From positions 1-55,238 of IMG/VR virus record IMGVR_UViG_3300043436_001540: a DNA stretch of 55,238 nt; one strand, written 5' to 3'. The notes beneath the pieces were generated by a model that did no database searches, was not told the origin of the DNA, and saw nothing but the letters and a program-made list of their open reading frames with translations. The DNA is from a virus. Its lineage: Duplodnaviria > Caudoviricetes. Both the position numbers and the translations under genes were made by a program. Of the stretch, positions 24,001 through 33,188 are shown in pieces (the first letter of the stretch is position 1; each line of letters begins with the position of its first letter).

Positions 24001-24557
24001 TTCTTAAAGGTCTCCTCGTCTCCGGCCAGTGCCAGAGCTCTCATCTTTGATGCAGACATACCTGTCACATCATCAGCATCTGGGTCACGCTCACCAGCCG
24101 ACACAACTTGAATTGAGTCGAAGGTGTATTCTTTGCCATTATATTTGGTGAGTAGTGTTTCAAAATCATTAACACGATCTTGACCGCCAACAAAAATAAT
24201 ATTCTTATATTTGCCCTGAAGTTGCTTCATGACATCAATAATGGTTTTTGCAGTTGACTTATAGACAATATTACCAAACGCGGATTTGGCAAGGTCGACC
24301 TTATCATCGTATGAAAGTGGATTCTTTTTAGGGTCCTGTGAGTGCGAAAGAAAGATATGTGGATCTGCTTTTTCTTTACGTGCAACTTCACGGATCTTAT
24401 TGACCAATTTTTCATGGCCTACTGTTACTGGGTTCATTCGGCCCCATGCAATAACAGCCGTTTTACCTGTGGCTTCAGTAATGGTTGGATTTAGTTCCAC
24501 AGTATTTTTAACTAATTCCTTTTGAGTCTTATCAGACTTCTTTTTAATCTTTTCCAT
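21087..24557 (-). CDS. 1156-aa multidomain protein: cytidylyltransferase-like + P-loop kinase + DUF5824-like + sigma-region-4-like HTH + C-terminal domain
   Basis: GRMNPVTVGH...MSASKMR; GGPGSGKS...IDGT; VYNRGVAAW...HRPG; MTFAQIAKELNVSIERARQIDAKA; late promoter at 24600-24607. Confidence 0.8.
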   Translation of the reverse strand: MEKIKKKSDKTQKELVKNTVELNPTITEATGKTAVIAWGRMNPVTVGHEKLVNKIREVARKEKADPHIFLSHSQDPKKNPLSYDDKVDLAKSAFGNIVYKSTAKTIIDVMKQLQGKYKNIIFVGGQDRVNDFETLLTKYNGKEYTFDSIQVVSAGERDPDADDVTGMSASKMRALALAGDEETFKKGLPTKLKTHGNDIYKLVRAGMRISEGLELEEAVLSIQQRLKRAQVMRRLEPRLKVARARAQKRLAPTTALERRSRKRAIELIRRRVAGAKGQQYGSLSASEKIQIDKLVDKRKRAIGRLAKRLLPQVRKDELIRFKHIMHGPQEKKNVNEAFETYLDEAKRYRALYRKDSTVNPNFRFKRNRKVTEDVELIGLVDELFETIANQSAKVQVALKNKADRSGIDLAFIEAVYHSASNISEQAGFDAVNAYIANWTEMHIHPHLLDPNVPLKHQISKKHRRIDLDQDGDVDEFDKSTPEDISGIEPGIYKKMMRKYAGEKQHSKKHIAYESVDAAFENMLAHPNCGTPNCCGQCETASITEGVNDPSIFKAVFLAGGPGSGKSFIVGKTALTSLGFKVINSDDAFERALAKAGLKTTPEDIYSDKGQEVRRGAVALTGKRMDLAMNGRLGLVIDGTGKDYEKIEKQAKKLRDIGYEVAMIFVNTDLNTAKDRNRARARSLPDAEVEAMWNAVQKNIGKFQNFFSQKMYIIDNSDGSNFEGAVLGTYRKISAWAKQTPDHPKAKEWIKSQTVKEGTTTPQDPDIKSRPGTQPKGYYKGVPKDKKDDRARHFEYHGKKADNDPSAYAPAPGDAEAKTKESKHTKKYRQMYGENTEVFEDATASLKKKADKTGMPIGILRQVYNRGVAAWKTGHRPGTTPSQWGHARVNSFVTKSSGTWGKADSDLAAKVRSEEYGAGEWGTTKLTKKYKKDTPHSSVNEAISADSKIDLQKIIAMYKKTRPGDDRAAAARDRELEAYKMRVSDGMTFAQIAKELNVSIERARQIDAKAHRRFRQITNRLKEETIDEAFENMLNEEAQCALISQADIHELEKFADNLLNDYGIDIEFTRHFGDRMSDERNTPCINVKELKDFFRKVYVNKGMKIKGNRGIEAILKDLQRNLNMPVVIDYKNGEVEVTFKTIMRKKNFTSPNKSISY

Positions 24558-24659
24558 ATTATCTCCAATCGTAGGTCTACCGCAGCCTTACTACAATGGT
24601 ATTTATAAAAAATAAAAGCGGGCTCAAGGCCCGCCTTTGTATTAATGCTATTTTAAATC

Positions 24660-24908
24660 TTATCGTGTTTTATTAAATGCAACTTCGTAAATAACACCAC
24701 GGCAGAGTCCGATATCGCGTAATTCGTAATCAGTCATCTTATTCAGGGTATTATATGTACTTTTCATCGCATAATATTCTGCTCTGCGTGTTTCAGCCTT
24801 TTCCAAAAACTTCATAAACTTTGAGTTTAAAAACGCGATATATACAGAGTCGATTTTAGTAATAAGTTTATATACTGTGTGTGATATGTCTAATCCTAGA
24901 GCGGTCAT
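24660..24908 (-). CDS. DUF1127/YjiS-like small protein
   Basis: C-terminal LNKMTDYELRDIGLCRGVI. Confidence 0.7.
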   Translation of the reverse strand: MTALGLDISHTVYKLITKIDSVYIAFLNSKFMKFLEKAETRRAEYYAMKSTYNTLNKMTDYELRDIGLCRGVIYEVAFNKTR

Positions 24909-25018
24909 GTCCCTTACCTTTTTTCCAAATAAAAGGGAGACGTTATGCCTCCCTTTCGTCAATATTTATCATAAAAAGTCTTACATGTACATACACAATT
25001 TGGTATACCTGGTATTAC

Positions 25019-26320
25019 TTAACGTGTGATTTCTTCCCAGTCTAATGATCCATAGCAGGTCTGAGTATTTGTATCAGCCGCAACGGCAAGAGTGAAGGTT
25101 TCAGGTGTTGACGTCAAGCTGTTTCTTGCAAGTTGGAACTGAAACAACGCCTGCTTTAGGATGTCAAGAGAAGGCGACCCCTGATTCGAAGAATTGATAT
25201 ATCCGCTCGCAAGAGTTCGACCTCCGGCCATTGCAGTTCCAGCAAGTGTGTATTCTACTGATGAATCATCCCCTGCTGGAGTCCATGAGTCGGTAGTAAT
25301 TGTCGCACCAGCTATTAACTTCCAATTATAGTTGATACCATTACCTGTTCCTAGGAACGAAGCTGCAGTAGGAATTACGATAGCATCAAGACGTGTCGAC
25401 TGCAGCCGAATGGAAGCGACTGGATAGAAAGTACCAGCAGTAGCAAGGGTTTTAGCAGAAGTGATAAGTGTTCCTACAGCACCTTGTCGACCACGAAGTT
25501 CATATCCACCTTCAGAGATTACAGTAGAGCATACTTGTTTGAGTATACTACTTCCAGACGTGGATGCTGTATTTGTAATTTCATAGCGTAGCGGTAGAGA
25601 AGCTGTAGTGATATAGGTAGTACCGATTCGGTTTGCGTGATGGAATGAGTGACAATGTATAATCTGCCCATCAATGATAAATCCCATACGAACTGTACCA
25701 AGACCCAACCACTCAACGTCCATCCACATGATCTGTGCTTTTGTGATGTCGAGCGTACGAAGAGAAGGGCCGGTCCCATCAAGTGGGTCCAAATTCCAGT
25801 TGGCCTTTGTGACACGTGTCTCTTGTAGACTTCCACCAGTAGAGGTGCGTTCTACAAAGGATAGCGTACTTCCATCAAGTTCAAGATACATACCGTTCTG
25901 TGCACCATAGTATCCGACTCGTTGTCTAAGTCCTGTTTTCGCGGGGGCCATAACAAAGGTGTTGAGGTTGAGAAGTGATTTACCTGGCTGATAAGAAAAC
26001 ACCTTTGTAGTCTCACGAACTACTTCTGCACCAGATGCAGTGCTTACGTTTAAGTTTACTAAACCCTCATTCGCTGAAAATGAATATGTGCCACCCGCGG
26101 TATTTGCAGTTGCCCACAACCCATTGTCTCCAAATCGGTGAGACGAATCAAAGAGAGTAAGAGGTGTTGAAACTCTAGACCTGCCGAAAGCATCCACAGC
26201 CACGCCAGATGGATTTGCTGGACCAATATTGTTTCCATATTGGTCGGCCAACATGACGACTTCAAATAGCGTCTTGTTATCTCCCAAATATCCATGTGTA
26301 TTCTTATTAAATATAGCCAT
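25019..26320 (-). CDS. hypothetical (probable virion) protein
   Basis: 433-aa Thr/Ser/Gly-rich ORF in a late operon; DAFGRSRVSTP motif. Confidence 0.7.
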   Translation of the reverse strand: MAIFNKNTHGYLGDNKTLFEVVMLADQYGNNIGPANPSGVAVDAFGRSRVSTPLTLFDSSHRFGDNGLWATANTAGGTYSFSANEGLVNLNVSTASGAEVVRETTKVFSYQPGKSLLNLNTFVMAPAKTGLRQRVGYYGAQNGMYLELDGSTLSFVERTSTGGSLQETRVTKANWNLDPLDGTGPSLRTLDITKAQIMWMDVEWLGLGTVRMGFIIDGQIIHCHSFHHANRIGTTYITTASLPLRYEITNTASTSGSSILKQVCSTVISEGGYELRGRQGAVGTLITSAKTLATAGTFYPVASIRLQSTRLDAIVIPTAASFLGTGNGINYNWKLIAGATITTDSWTPAGDDSSVEYTLAGTAMAGGRTLASGYINSSNQGSPSLDILKQALFQFQLARNSLTSTPETFTLAVAADTNTQTCYGSLDWEEITR

Positions 26321-26331
26321 GATTTATCTCC

Positions 26332-26619
26332 TTACCAAGCTTTACAAGACCAGTAGCGCGCTTTATCCTTCGGCTTTGGTACTGATGGGTCATCGCAACC
26401 GTGTCTCGCCCTAAATGACTTACGACGAGCTGGGTTATCTTTTTTAATTGTCATATTTGGATCGCCGAATTCGACTTTCTTTGCCTTGCCGTCACCATCT
26501 GGGTCGACGTATACCTTGGACTTTTTTACATCGCCTGAGGTAGGTTTATTGAGTGTAACCTCGCGGCCTTTATATGTGGCTTCGGAAATAAAGTCTTTAA
26601 ACGAGATCATTTTTGCCAT
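26332..26619 (-). CDS. conserved phage hypothetical protein
   Basis: KVEFGDPNM...RRKSFRARHGC...ARYWSCKAW. Confidence 0.75.
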   Translation of the reverse strand: MAKMISFKDFISEATYKGREVTLNKPTSGDVKKSKVYVDPDGDGKAKKVEFGDPNMTIKKDNPARRKSFRARHGCDDPSVPKPKDKARYWSCKAW

Positions 26620-27836
26620 CCTTTGATTGTATCTGGTGAGAAATTAGCGTGAGAGAACTGAAGTCTATCTATAAGTTTTACAGCATTTTTGCCCAGATGA
26701 TCAATCGCGACAAAGCCTTCCTGCTCGGTTACTTTATAGCCGTCGGCGGTTCGAATAAATGTGCCAACTTGTTTTGCTTTATCGAGCTTACGAACAATAA
26801 TAAGTTTTGCATCAACGATGTGATTATACAAATCAAACATGGCAACGATTTGAGACTTATCTGTCTCGACAAAATATCTCATAACCTCTTTTGTTTTCTC
26901 CTCGGCTTTAGCTTTACCGGCTGGAGTCTTAAGTTTGTCAATTTCTTTTCTATAGTGAGTAGTGAGATAAGTAACAAGATCGTCAACGAACTTAGTAGTA
27001 TTTCCAATGCGCTGTCCTTCCCTAACCTTAGTATTAATAAATGCTTTTACTCTCATTAGTAAATCTTCGTTATCAGAAATACCTTCGAGAGTATTGCGCT
27101 GGAGTTTTGAAAAAATCTTACCAGCGTCAGATAGAATCTTAGTGACTTGTTCAGTTTCGGTCTCTGTCATAGTAGCAGAACCTGAAACATCTTTGTACAT
27201 CGCATCTACCGCCCAGACGTTTTTCGACTTTTTGAATTTTGTTGCAATCTCTTCGCCAAAACTTGCTGACATTGTCTCAAAAGATTCTCCTCGATATGTA
27301 GTGTGCCAGACCACACCGATTCTGGAGGCAAGGATTTGTTTAGCAAGGAGGCTGTTTTTTGGTATCGCATAAACAATCGTGTTAGGATGGAAAGTAATAT
27401 ATTGTTCTCCATCAATCTTAACTTCTTTAATATCTTCTCTCGCATATAGAAAATCACCCTGCACAACGCCCTTGATACCAAGTTCGGGCAAATGGTCAAG
27501 AGCTAGTTTCAATTTTACATTCAATTCGCCAGAAGTATCTTCATCAACATCGGCATGAGTCTTGTACACCTTTGGATTCTTATTAAAGATTCCCTTCTTT
27601 GCCACAAAGAATTTACCATCAGAAGGATCTTGTCCAGCAAAGACAGCCGGAGCACCATCCCATTTGATAGTGACATTTACCTTATTGGACGACTTCCCAG
27701 CCAACATATCACGGAGCGCTTGTAGGAAATTAATAGCTTGACGAGTTCCGACGATACCGCCATTAAGAATATTATCCTCAAGATGTTCCATATGGGTGTT
27801 TTTGGCTTCGGCCAAGAACGAATTGAATCTGATCAT
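26607..27836 (-). CDS. conserved T4-like protein (DUF6267-like, ligase/nucleotidyltransferase-like KWDG motif)
   Basis: NTHMEHLED, TIKWDGAPA, QGD, EGFV, KL. Confidence 0.75.
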   Translation of the reverse strand: MIRFNSFLAEAKNTHMEHLEDNILNGGIVGTRQAINFLQALRDMLAGKSSNKVNVTIKWDGAPAVFAGQDPSDGKFFVAKKGIFNKNPKVYKTHADVDEDTSGELNVKLKLALDHLPELGIKGVVQGDFLYAREDIKEVKIDGEQYITFHPNTIVYAIPKNSLLAKQILASRIGVVWHTTYRGESFETMSASFGEEIATKFKKSKNVWAVDAMYKDVSGSATMTETETEQVTKILSDAGKIFSKLQRNTLEGISDNEDLLMRVKAFINTKVREGQRIGNTTKFVDDLVTYLTTHYRKEIDKLKTPAGKAKAEEKTKEVMRYFVETDKSQIVAMFDLYNHIVDAKLIIVRKLDKAKQVGTFIRTADGYKVTEQEGFVAIDHLGKNAVKLIDRLQFSHANFSPDTIKGWQK

Positions 27837-27840
27837 GGTA

Positions 27841-28623
27841 TTACCTTATATTTACTTTTGGTTTAATTGTGCCACTAGTAACTTCATGTATAAAAATTTC
27901 ATTTGGCATAATTCTCTTTACAGCCTCAATATTGCCTACCTTAGCCGTCTTGGTATTATTAATGAAGATAACATCATGCTTTTTAAAATAATTGTCATAA
28001 GAAAGTTTTGCAAATTTTGCTTCAATTGCATTAAATTCTGCCGGATATTTTTGCTGCATATCTTTTAGTTTATTTGCAGATATCTCACTGGCAGAACCGC
28101 CTGAGCCAGATTTAATTCTAAGCTTATTTAAATTCTTTTTAACGTCATCAAGTGAAAAAGTGGCACCAAGTTTAAATCCATAGGCAATTCTATCAGGCGA
28201 CACATTAACAGCTTTAACTTCATAATTCATATTGCCTACAATCAAATCAATACCAGCCGATGTACCACCACCTAATTTTGCGCTGTTAATTAAAAAGTAT
28301 AACATCACCTCACCTGGACCAATGCCCTTAAGATTATAGTTATGAAGTTTTTTAAACATTGAAATATCTTCGTTTTTTAACGTAGCAATGAGTGCGTTGA
28401 GTCGGCTTATATTTACATCATTAATTGTTTTTGCAACATCGAACCTAGGAAAGAAATGCATATTAAATAAGTATTGGATTTCTTTCTTATAATCTAACTT
28501 GGTAAAATCTGCCGGAGATAGATTAAATGATGTAATTTTTAGAGCATTATTAATAAACTCCATTCTTAAATCTGCCATGGCAATCTCCGACTCTTCTTTT
28601 ATATAATCTCTAAAGCGTTTCAT
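27841..28623 (-). CDS. hypothetical late protein, possible PD-(D/E)xK nuclease fold
   Basis: GPGE...IDL...YEVK; late promoter at 28648-28655. Confidence 0.6.
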   Translation of the reverse strand: MKRFRDYIKEESEIAMADLRMEFINNALKITSFNLSPADFTKLDYKKEIQYLFNMHFFPRFDVAKTINDVNISRLNALIATLKNEDISMFKKLHNYNLKGIGPGEVMLYFLINSAKLGGGTSAGIDLIVGNMNYEVKAVNVSPDRIAYGFKLGATFSLDDVKKNLNKLRIKSGSGGSASEISANKLKDMQQKYPAEFNAIEAKFAKLSYDNYFKKHDVIFINNTKTAKVGNIEAVKRIMPNEIFIHEVTSGTIKPKVNIR

Positions 28624-28681
28624 ATGAAAACCTCATAAACTTTAGAGTATTTATAATAAGAAAAGGGAGCCTTTCAGCTCC

Positions 28682-29029
28682 CTACCGTCTCATATTGGCT
28701 ACGTCAATGGCACCTTGTTTATCATCTTTTCGGATTGGCACTGCATTGGATTTATGCATTGTGGCGATGCCAGCAATTTCAGTGCCAGTATATACGTTGG
28801 AATCTTTTTTAATACCATTCGAACAAATTTGATCACTTGTTTTTACGGTAGATGTATTTGCTCTATAGTCAGGGATGTCGTATCGGTAATCTGATTTCTT
28901 ATCCTTAACACCCATCGACTTGAGCCATTTTGCATGCTCTTCTTTTGCCTCGGCGAGACGTTTACTTTTACTTGGTTTACGCTTTTTGGTGCTGAGTGAG
29001 GACATGCCTCGAACCAGATGCATCGTCAT
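28682..29029 (-). CDS. conserved phage hypothetical protein
   Basis: YTG...GIATMHKSNAVP...MRR. Confidence 0.75.
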   Translation of the reverse strand: MTMHLVRGMSSLSTKKRKPSKSKRLAEAKEEHAKWLKSMGVKDKKSDYRYDIPDYRANTSTVKTSDQICSNGIKKDSNVYTGTEIAGIATMHKSNAVPIRKDDKQGAIDVANMRR

Positions 29030-29244
29030 ACTTTGAGTTCCATATCTGGTTCTTTGCCACCGGCAATATTGAGATAGAACTGAATTGCCGTATCATCAAG
29101 TTGATATGCCTTGAGGTATTTCTTTGCGTTTCTGATGCCGTAAAGATCGTCACAGAGTGCCTGTCGCAAAGTGCACTGATTGTCCTTCATCATACCAGCA
29201 AGGACTTCATGATAAGAAAGAGGTTTCAACATATTAGTTTGCAT
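29026..29244 (-). CDS. hypothetical protein
   Basis: ORF coupled to the downstream gene. Confidence 0.55.
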   Translation of the reverse strand: MQTNMLKPLSYHEVLAGMMKDNQCTLRQALCDDLYGIRNAKKYLKAYQLDDTAIQFYLNIAGGKEPDMELKV

Positions 29245-29403
29245 CCTTCGGTTTGCGTTGTGGGCAATTACGGCCCTGATTACAATCGTTATTACAGGGC
29301 GCGCAAGTTTTCACAGCTCTAGTTCTCTCAAAGAAGGTTTCGATGATAGCACCACCAAACACGATTACCACCAAAAAGACAACAGGGATAATTGCAGCGG
29401 TCA

Positions 29404-29622
29404 TTAGAAGTCACTCCAGTTCATTGCCATACCGACGTTGCATTCGGCATTACGTTTGGCGGTTTCGAAGTCTACAAAAGGACCAGCCGAGGTGAAGTTG
29501 TCGAGCAGACGACCTTCAGGGGTGAACAGCATGTATTGGTTGGCATGGTTCTTGTTGATGATCACAGGTTTGATCGAGTTGGTGGCGGTAAAGACACTGC
29601 CGGTCTGTTCGAATGTCATCAT
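29404..29622 (-). CDS. hypothetical early protein
   Basis: AAAGGA RBS; TTGACA promoter near 29680. Confidence 0.65.
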   Translation of the reverse strand: MMTFEQTGSVFTATNSIKPVIINKNHANQYMLFTPEGRLLDNFTSAGPFVDFETAKRNAECNVGMAMNWSDF

Positions 29623-29852
29623 GGTCGGATTCCTTTGTCATTGCCTACATATACAATATAAACATTGCTCAGGAAATGTCAACCCCCCTCATGCACTTTT
29701 TTGATAAATTTCCTGCACAAAAGAATACGGGGCTCCGGAGAGTCTCATTGCATTCAGCAACATGTGATCTTCGTCAAACTCATCATGGGCAGTCTCGAGA
29801 ATCTTAGCTTCTTCAAGTGCGGCAACAATCAGTTCGTATAGATTTAGTTCTT

Positions 29853-30182
29853 TCATCGTTTAATGCTCCTCAATGATTTAAGTGCGCCTTTGATTCGAGT
29901 CGGGTATTTTCCTAGAAAAGTGCCAGCCTCTAAATCACCCTTTGTAAGGTGATGTTTGTGCATGTGATCAATTATATCCCAAGATGCTAATAGTCGCTTT
30001 GACATATTGTCAAATAACTGGTCTGAAATAATGGGATTGTCCTCAACATAATATGCATATGCCGCCATTAGATACCATGGCACTAGCATGTTTATGTGAG
30101 TCTCTATAGCATCAAAACATTCTTTGTCATAATTATTGCTATTATCTTCGCTGAAGAAGATACCTAGTGTAGCTCCTGACAT
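29853..30182 (-). CDS. small protein resembling NAD-dependent DNA ligase domain Ia
   Basis: YAYYVEDNPIISDQLFD; likely start MSGATLG. Confidence 0.6.
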   Translation of the reverse strand: MSGATLGIFFSEDNSNNYDKECFDAIETHINMLVPWYLMAAYAYYVEDNPIISDQLFDNMSKRLLASWDIIDHMHKHHLTKGDLEAGTFLGKYPTRIKGALKSLRSIKR

Positions 30183-30250
30183 TGATGTACCTTTATTGTT
30201 ACAGGTAGTATATTTATCACACATTTTTTCGGATGTCAACCAAAAAGTTG

Positions 30251-30417
30251 TATAAATAAATTCGTGGGTGCGTGAAAAGTACGTGTAAATAACGTAAGAG
30301 GCAAGTGTGCAGTATATCACAACAGGAATAGCCAGGGTCACATCAAGAATGTCGGTGGGGTTCCGCCTGGCCACGTATCAGACTTAGAAAGGTCACTGTT
30401 AGTCGGTGGCCTTTTTT
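30251..30417 (+). ncRNA. candidate late-expressed small RNA with own promoter and terminator
   Basis: TATAAATA at 30251-30258, GC-rich ORF-less body, AAAGGTCACTG/CGGTGGCCTTTTTT terminator. Confidence 0.55.
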
Positions 30418-30604
30418 AGTTTGATACCTTTGGATATGAATAGCAGAAGAACGATGGAGTGAATCCATTAAACCCTGCTCCAAGATTCAATGATCTGCAT
30501 AGTTTTCTTGCCTCAGATTCATCAGATGTAGTTTTTACGATTAGGTTGTTATCCTTCTCAACTATATCAAAGGCCTTTTCAGTTTTTTGTACGATATACG
30601 ACAT
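30416..30604 (-). CDS. conserved small phage protein
   Basis: LNLGAGFNGFTPSFF; coupled to gp41. Confidence 0.7.
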   Translation of the reverse strand: MSYIVQKTEKAFDIVEKDNNLIVKTTSDESEARKLCRSLNLGAGFNGFTPSFFCYSYPKVSN

Positions 30605-32019
30605 TAGGTAAATCCATTAAATGAAGGTTTCTTTTTAGGTTTTGTGTCAAAGACCTCACCAGTTTCTTTGTCGAATTGTGGGACATCGTCAAACTTTTGA
30701 TTATCCATGACAGGTCTATCGTCAACCAGATCCTGAGCGGCATTCTCTACATTGAAGAGTCGCATTTTGGATCGGTCAATGCCAACCACAAATCGCTTGT
30801 GTTTATCAATAGCGCCCCACCGATTCTTGAGTTGTTTAATCATAATCTGACCGAGTTGCTCAAGTTCTTCAGTCGAAATAAGACCAAACATGAAGTCTGC
30901 AGTTGCTGGTAGACCAAACGATTCTGACGTATCTGTAAGATCCATATCAGAGTTACCATAGCCAGAACGAGTAGTTTGTGTGGCACTCACAACAGGAACA
31001 TTAAACTCTACTGCCAACCCACGAAGTTCCTCAGCGATGGCCTTGATCATGGTGTACGAGTTAACATTAGCACCATGGCGAAGTCTGGAACTCATGCAAA
31101 TGTTCAGATAGTCAATGTAGATAATGTCAGGTGTGAAGTTTTTCTTGAGTCTCAGTTCATTAAGCAAATGTCTAAAGTGTGCGGATCCAGCTGATGCCGT
31201 TGGATATTCCTTAATGATCAACTTACCTGTTGTTTTGTTTCGAACCTTGTCGATCTTTTTTGTATACAATGCTTTTGGAATATCACGAAGATCATCCAAG
31301 GATAGATCAAGAAGATTTGCATCAATTCGTTCGGCGATTCGTTCTTCAGCCATTTCCAATGTGATATACAGAACATTTAATCCGGACATAAGATTATTGG
31401 CCGCACAATGACACATGAACAGAGATTTACCAACACCAGTACCCGCCAAAGCAATGATAAGCGCTTTACGTGACACCCCACCCTTTGTAATGGTATTCAT
31501 CAGATCAATATCAAATGCGACCTTATCTTCCTTGGTATGATAGAAGTCAAACCGAGCATCGGAATTTTCGATAAAGTCGTGGCCGATATTGGTATCAAAT
31601 GAGATGCCCAGAGCAGTAGATAGAAGTTCAGGAATGGAACCCTTATCCATATTCTTGTCGTGACCATCAAGGATCAGAATGGATTTACGAACGGCATTAT
31701 ATACGGCTTTATCTTGACAAAACTTTTCAGTTTTATCCACCAACCACTGAAGATCTGTTTTGGTGTCATAATGAAGTGAGTTAATGTATTTTGTTGCATC
31801 TGCATATTGTTGCTGATTCAAATCAGTTTTTTCACTGATAGCAATAGTCAGAGCTTCCTTGGTTGGCAAGCCGTTATATTTGTCGACGTATTCAACCAAT
31901 GAGTTATAGATAACTTGCTCATTTTTGTCATGAAAATATTCAGACTTAATGAACGGTAGAGTTTTTCGGATATATTCCTCATTGTGAATAAGTGCCGAAA
32001 GAATTGTTTGCTCAATCAT
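30604..32019 (-). CDS. replicative DNA helicase (T4 gp41)
   Basis: AGTGVGKS, ITLEMAEERIAERIDAN, DYLN, SESFGLP; start MIEQTIL. Confidence 0.95.
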   Translation of the reverse strand: MIEQTILSALIHNEEYIRKTLPFIKSEYFHDKNEQVIYNSLVEYVDKYNGLPTKEALTIAISEKTDLNQQQYADATKYINSLHYDTKTDLQWLVDKTEKFCQDKAVYNAVRKSILILDGHDKNMDKGSIPELLSTALGISFDTNIGHDFIENSDARFDFYHTKEDKVAFDIDLMNTITKGGVSRKALIIALAGTGVGKSLFMCHCAANNLMSGLNVLYITLEMAEERIAERIDANLLDLSLDDLRDIPKALYTKKIDKVRNKTTGKLIIKEYPTASAGSAHFRHLLNELRLKKNFTPDIIYIDYLNICMSSRLRHGANVNSYTMIKAIAEELRGLAVEFNVPVVSATQTTRSGYGNSDMDLTDTSESFGLPATADFMFGLISTEELEQLGQIMIKQLKNRWGAIDKHKRFVVGIDRSKMRLFNVENAAQDLVDDRPVMDNQKFDDVPQFDKETGEVFDTKPKKKPSFNGFT

Positions 32020-32092
32020 ACGTGCCTCATGTAATACATAGTAAGAAATGGCGACTGTTGCCGCCATTTCAATGAAGATATAGTATTATAGA

Positions 32093-33166
32093 TCACACTT
32101 CTTCTTCTTCGTCAAAGGTTTCTTCGACTACAGTTTCGGCAAAGTGTGTTCGGTTACCCATTGTGTATCGCTCTTTGATTGCATTGGCCAAACCGGTCTT
32201 TTCAAACATCATAACCCAAAAGTCTTTATTGTCAACCAATTCCTTGGCGCGCATCAGCTTATCGCTCATAACCTCACCAGTCTCGGCGTCGACAGGTTGA
32301 TACCACCCAACTTTTGGTTTCAGCAAATAGCCTAGTTCCTCAGAAATATCCATAAGGCCAGACCATTTACTGATACCGCCTTCGAAGGTAACAGTGATCG
32401 GAATCTTAGACTTCTCACGTACGTGGCGAGACTTCTCGATGTTGATAATGAAGTGATACCCGGCAAGTTCAGTGCCGTCCTTATCTTGTTGACGACCAAT
32501 GATCCAAATGGCATCGGCAGAGTAATAAACGCCAGTACCACCAGAAACAACATCCTTGGAATAAAGTTCCTGTGTTTTATAGGTATGATTAACCACAATC
32601 ATAGGAATGTCTTTTAAATTCAAATGAGGTGTCACAATACGGAAGATTGATTTAAATTGTTTAGCACGAGACATATCTGCAACTGATTTACCATCAAGAG
32701 CATCCTCTGCTTCTTTCTTTGAGGCAAGGTTACCCATAGAGTCAAGAACAATAATAACATTATCGCCCTTCTTGATTTCATCCAATTGCTTGGTGACGTC
32801 GAACTTAAACTCTTCGGCATTTACAATCGGTGTATGAATAACACGAGCAGTGTCAATACCGAATGCATCAAAGTACGATTGTGGAGTACCAAATTCCGAA
32901 TCATAGAAGAGCATTACCGCATCTGGATACTTCTTCATATGAGCTGCGGCCATAAGCAACGCAAAGGCGGATTTAAAGTGTTTTGACGGACCTGCCAAAA
33001 CCAATAGACCAGGAGCCAGACCGCCGTCAACTCTTCCTGAAAGAGCTACGTTGACCATAGGTACTGGAGTCGGAGCCATATCTTTCTTACCGTATACTTT
33101 GGATTCGGTAAGAATGGCAGTTTGTTTGATAGTGCTATTTTTGAGCAGTTTTTCTATAATTGACAT
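32093..33166 (-). CDS. uvsX: RecA-like recombinase
   Basis: AGPSKHFKS, YDSEFG, SGGTG. Confidence 0.95.
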   Translation of the reverse strand: MSIIEKLLKNSTIKQTAILTESKVYGKKDMAPTPVPMVNVALSGRVDGGLAPGLLVLAGPSKHFKSAFALLMAAAHMKKYPDAVMLFYDSEFGTPQSYFDAFGIDTARVIHTPIVNAEEFKFDVTKQLDEIKKGDNVIIVLDSMGNLASKKEAEDALDGKSVADMSRAKQFKSIFRIVTPHLNLKDIPMIVVNHTYKTQELYSKDVVSGGTGVYYSADAIWIIGRQQDKDGTELAGYHFIINIEKSRHVREKSKIPITVTFEGGISKWSGLMDISEELGYLLKPKVGWYQPVDAETGEVMSDKLMRAKELVDNKDFWVMMFEKTGLANAIKERYTMGNRTHFAETVVEETFDEEEEV

Positions 33167-33188
33167 GTGATTTCCTTATATGCGATTG

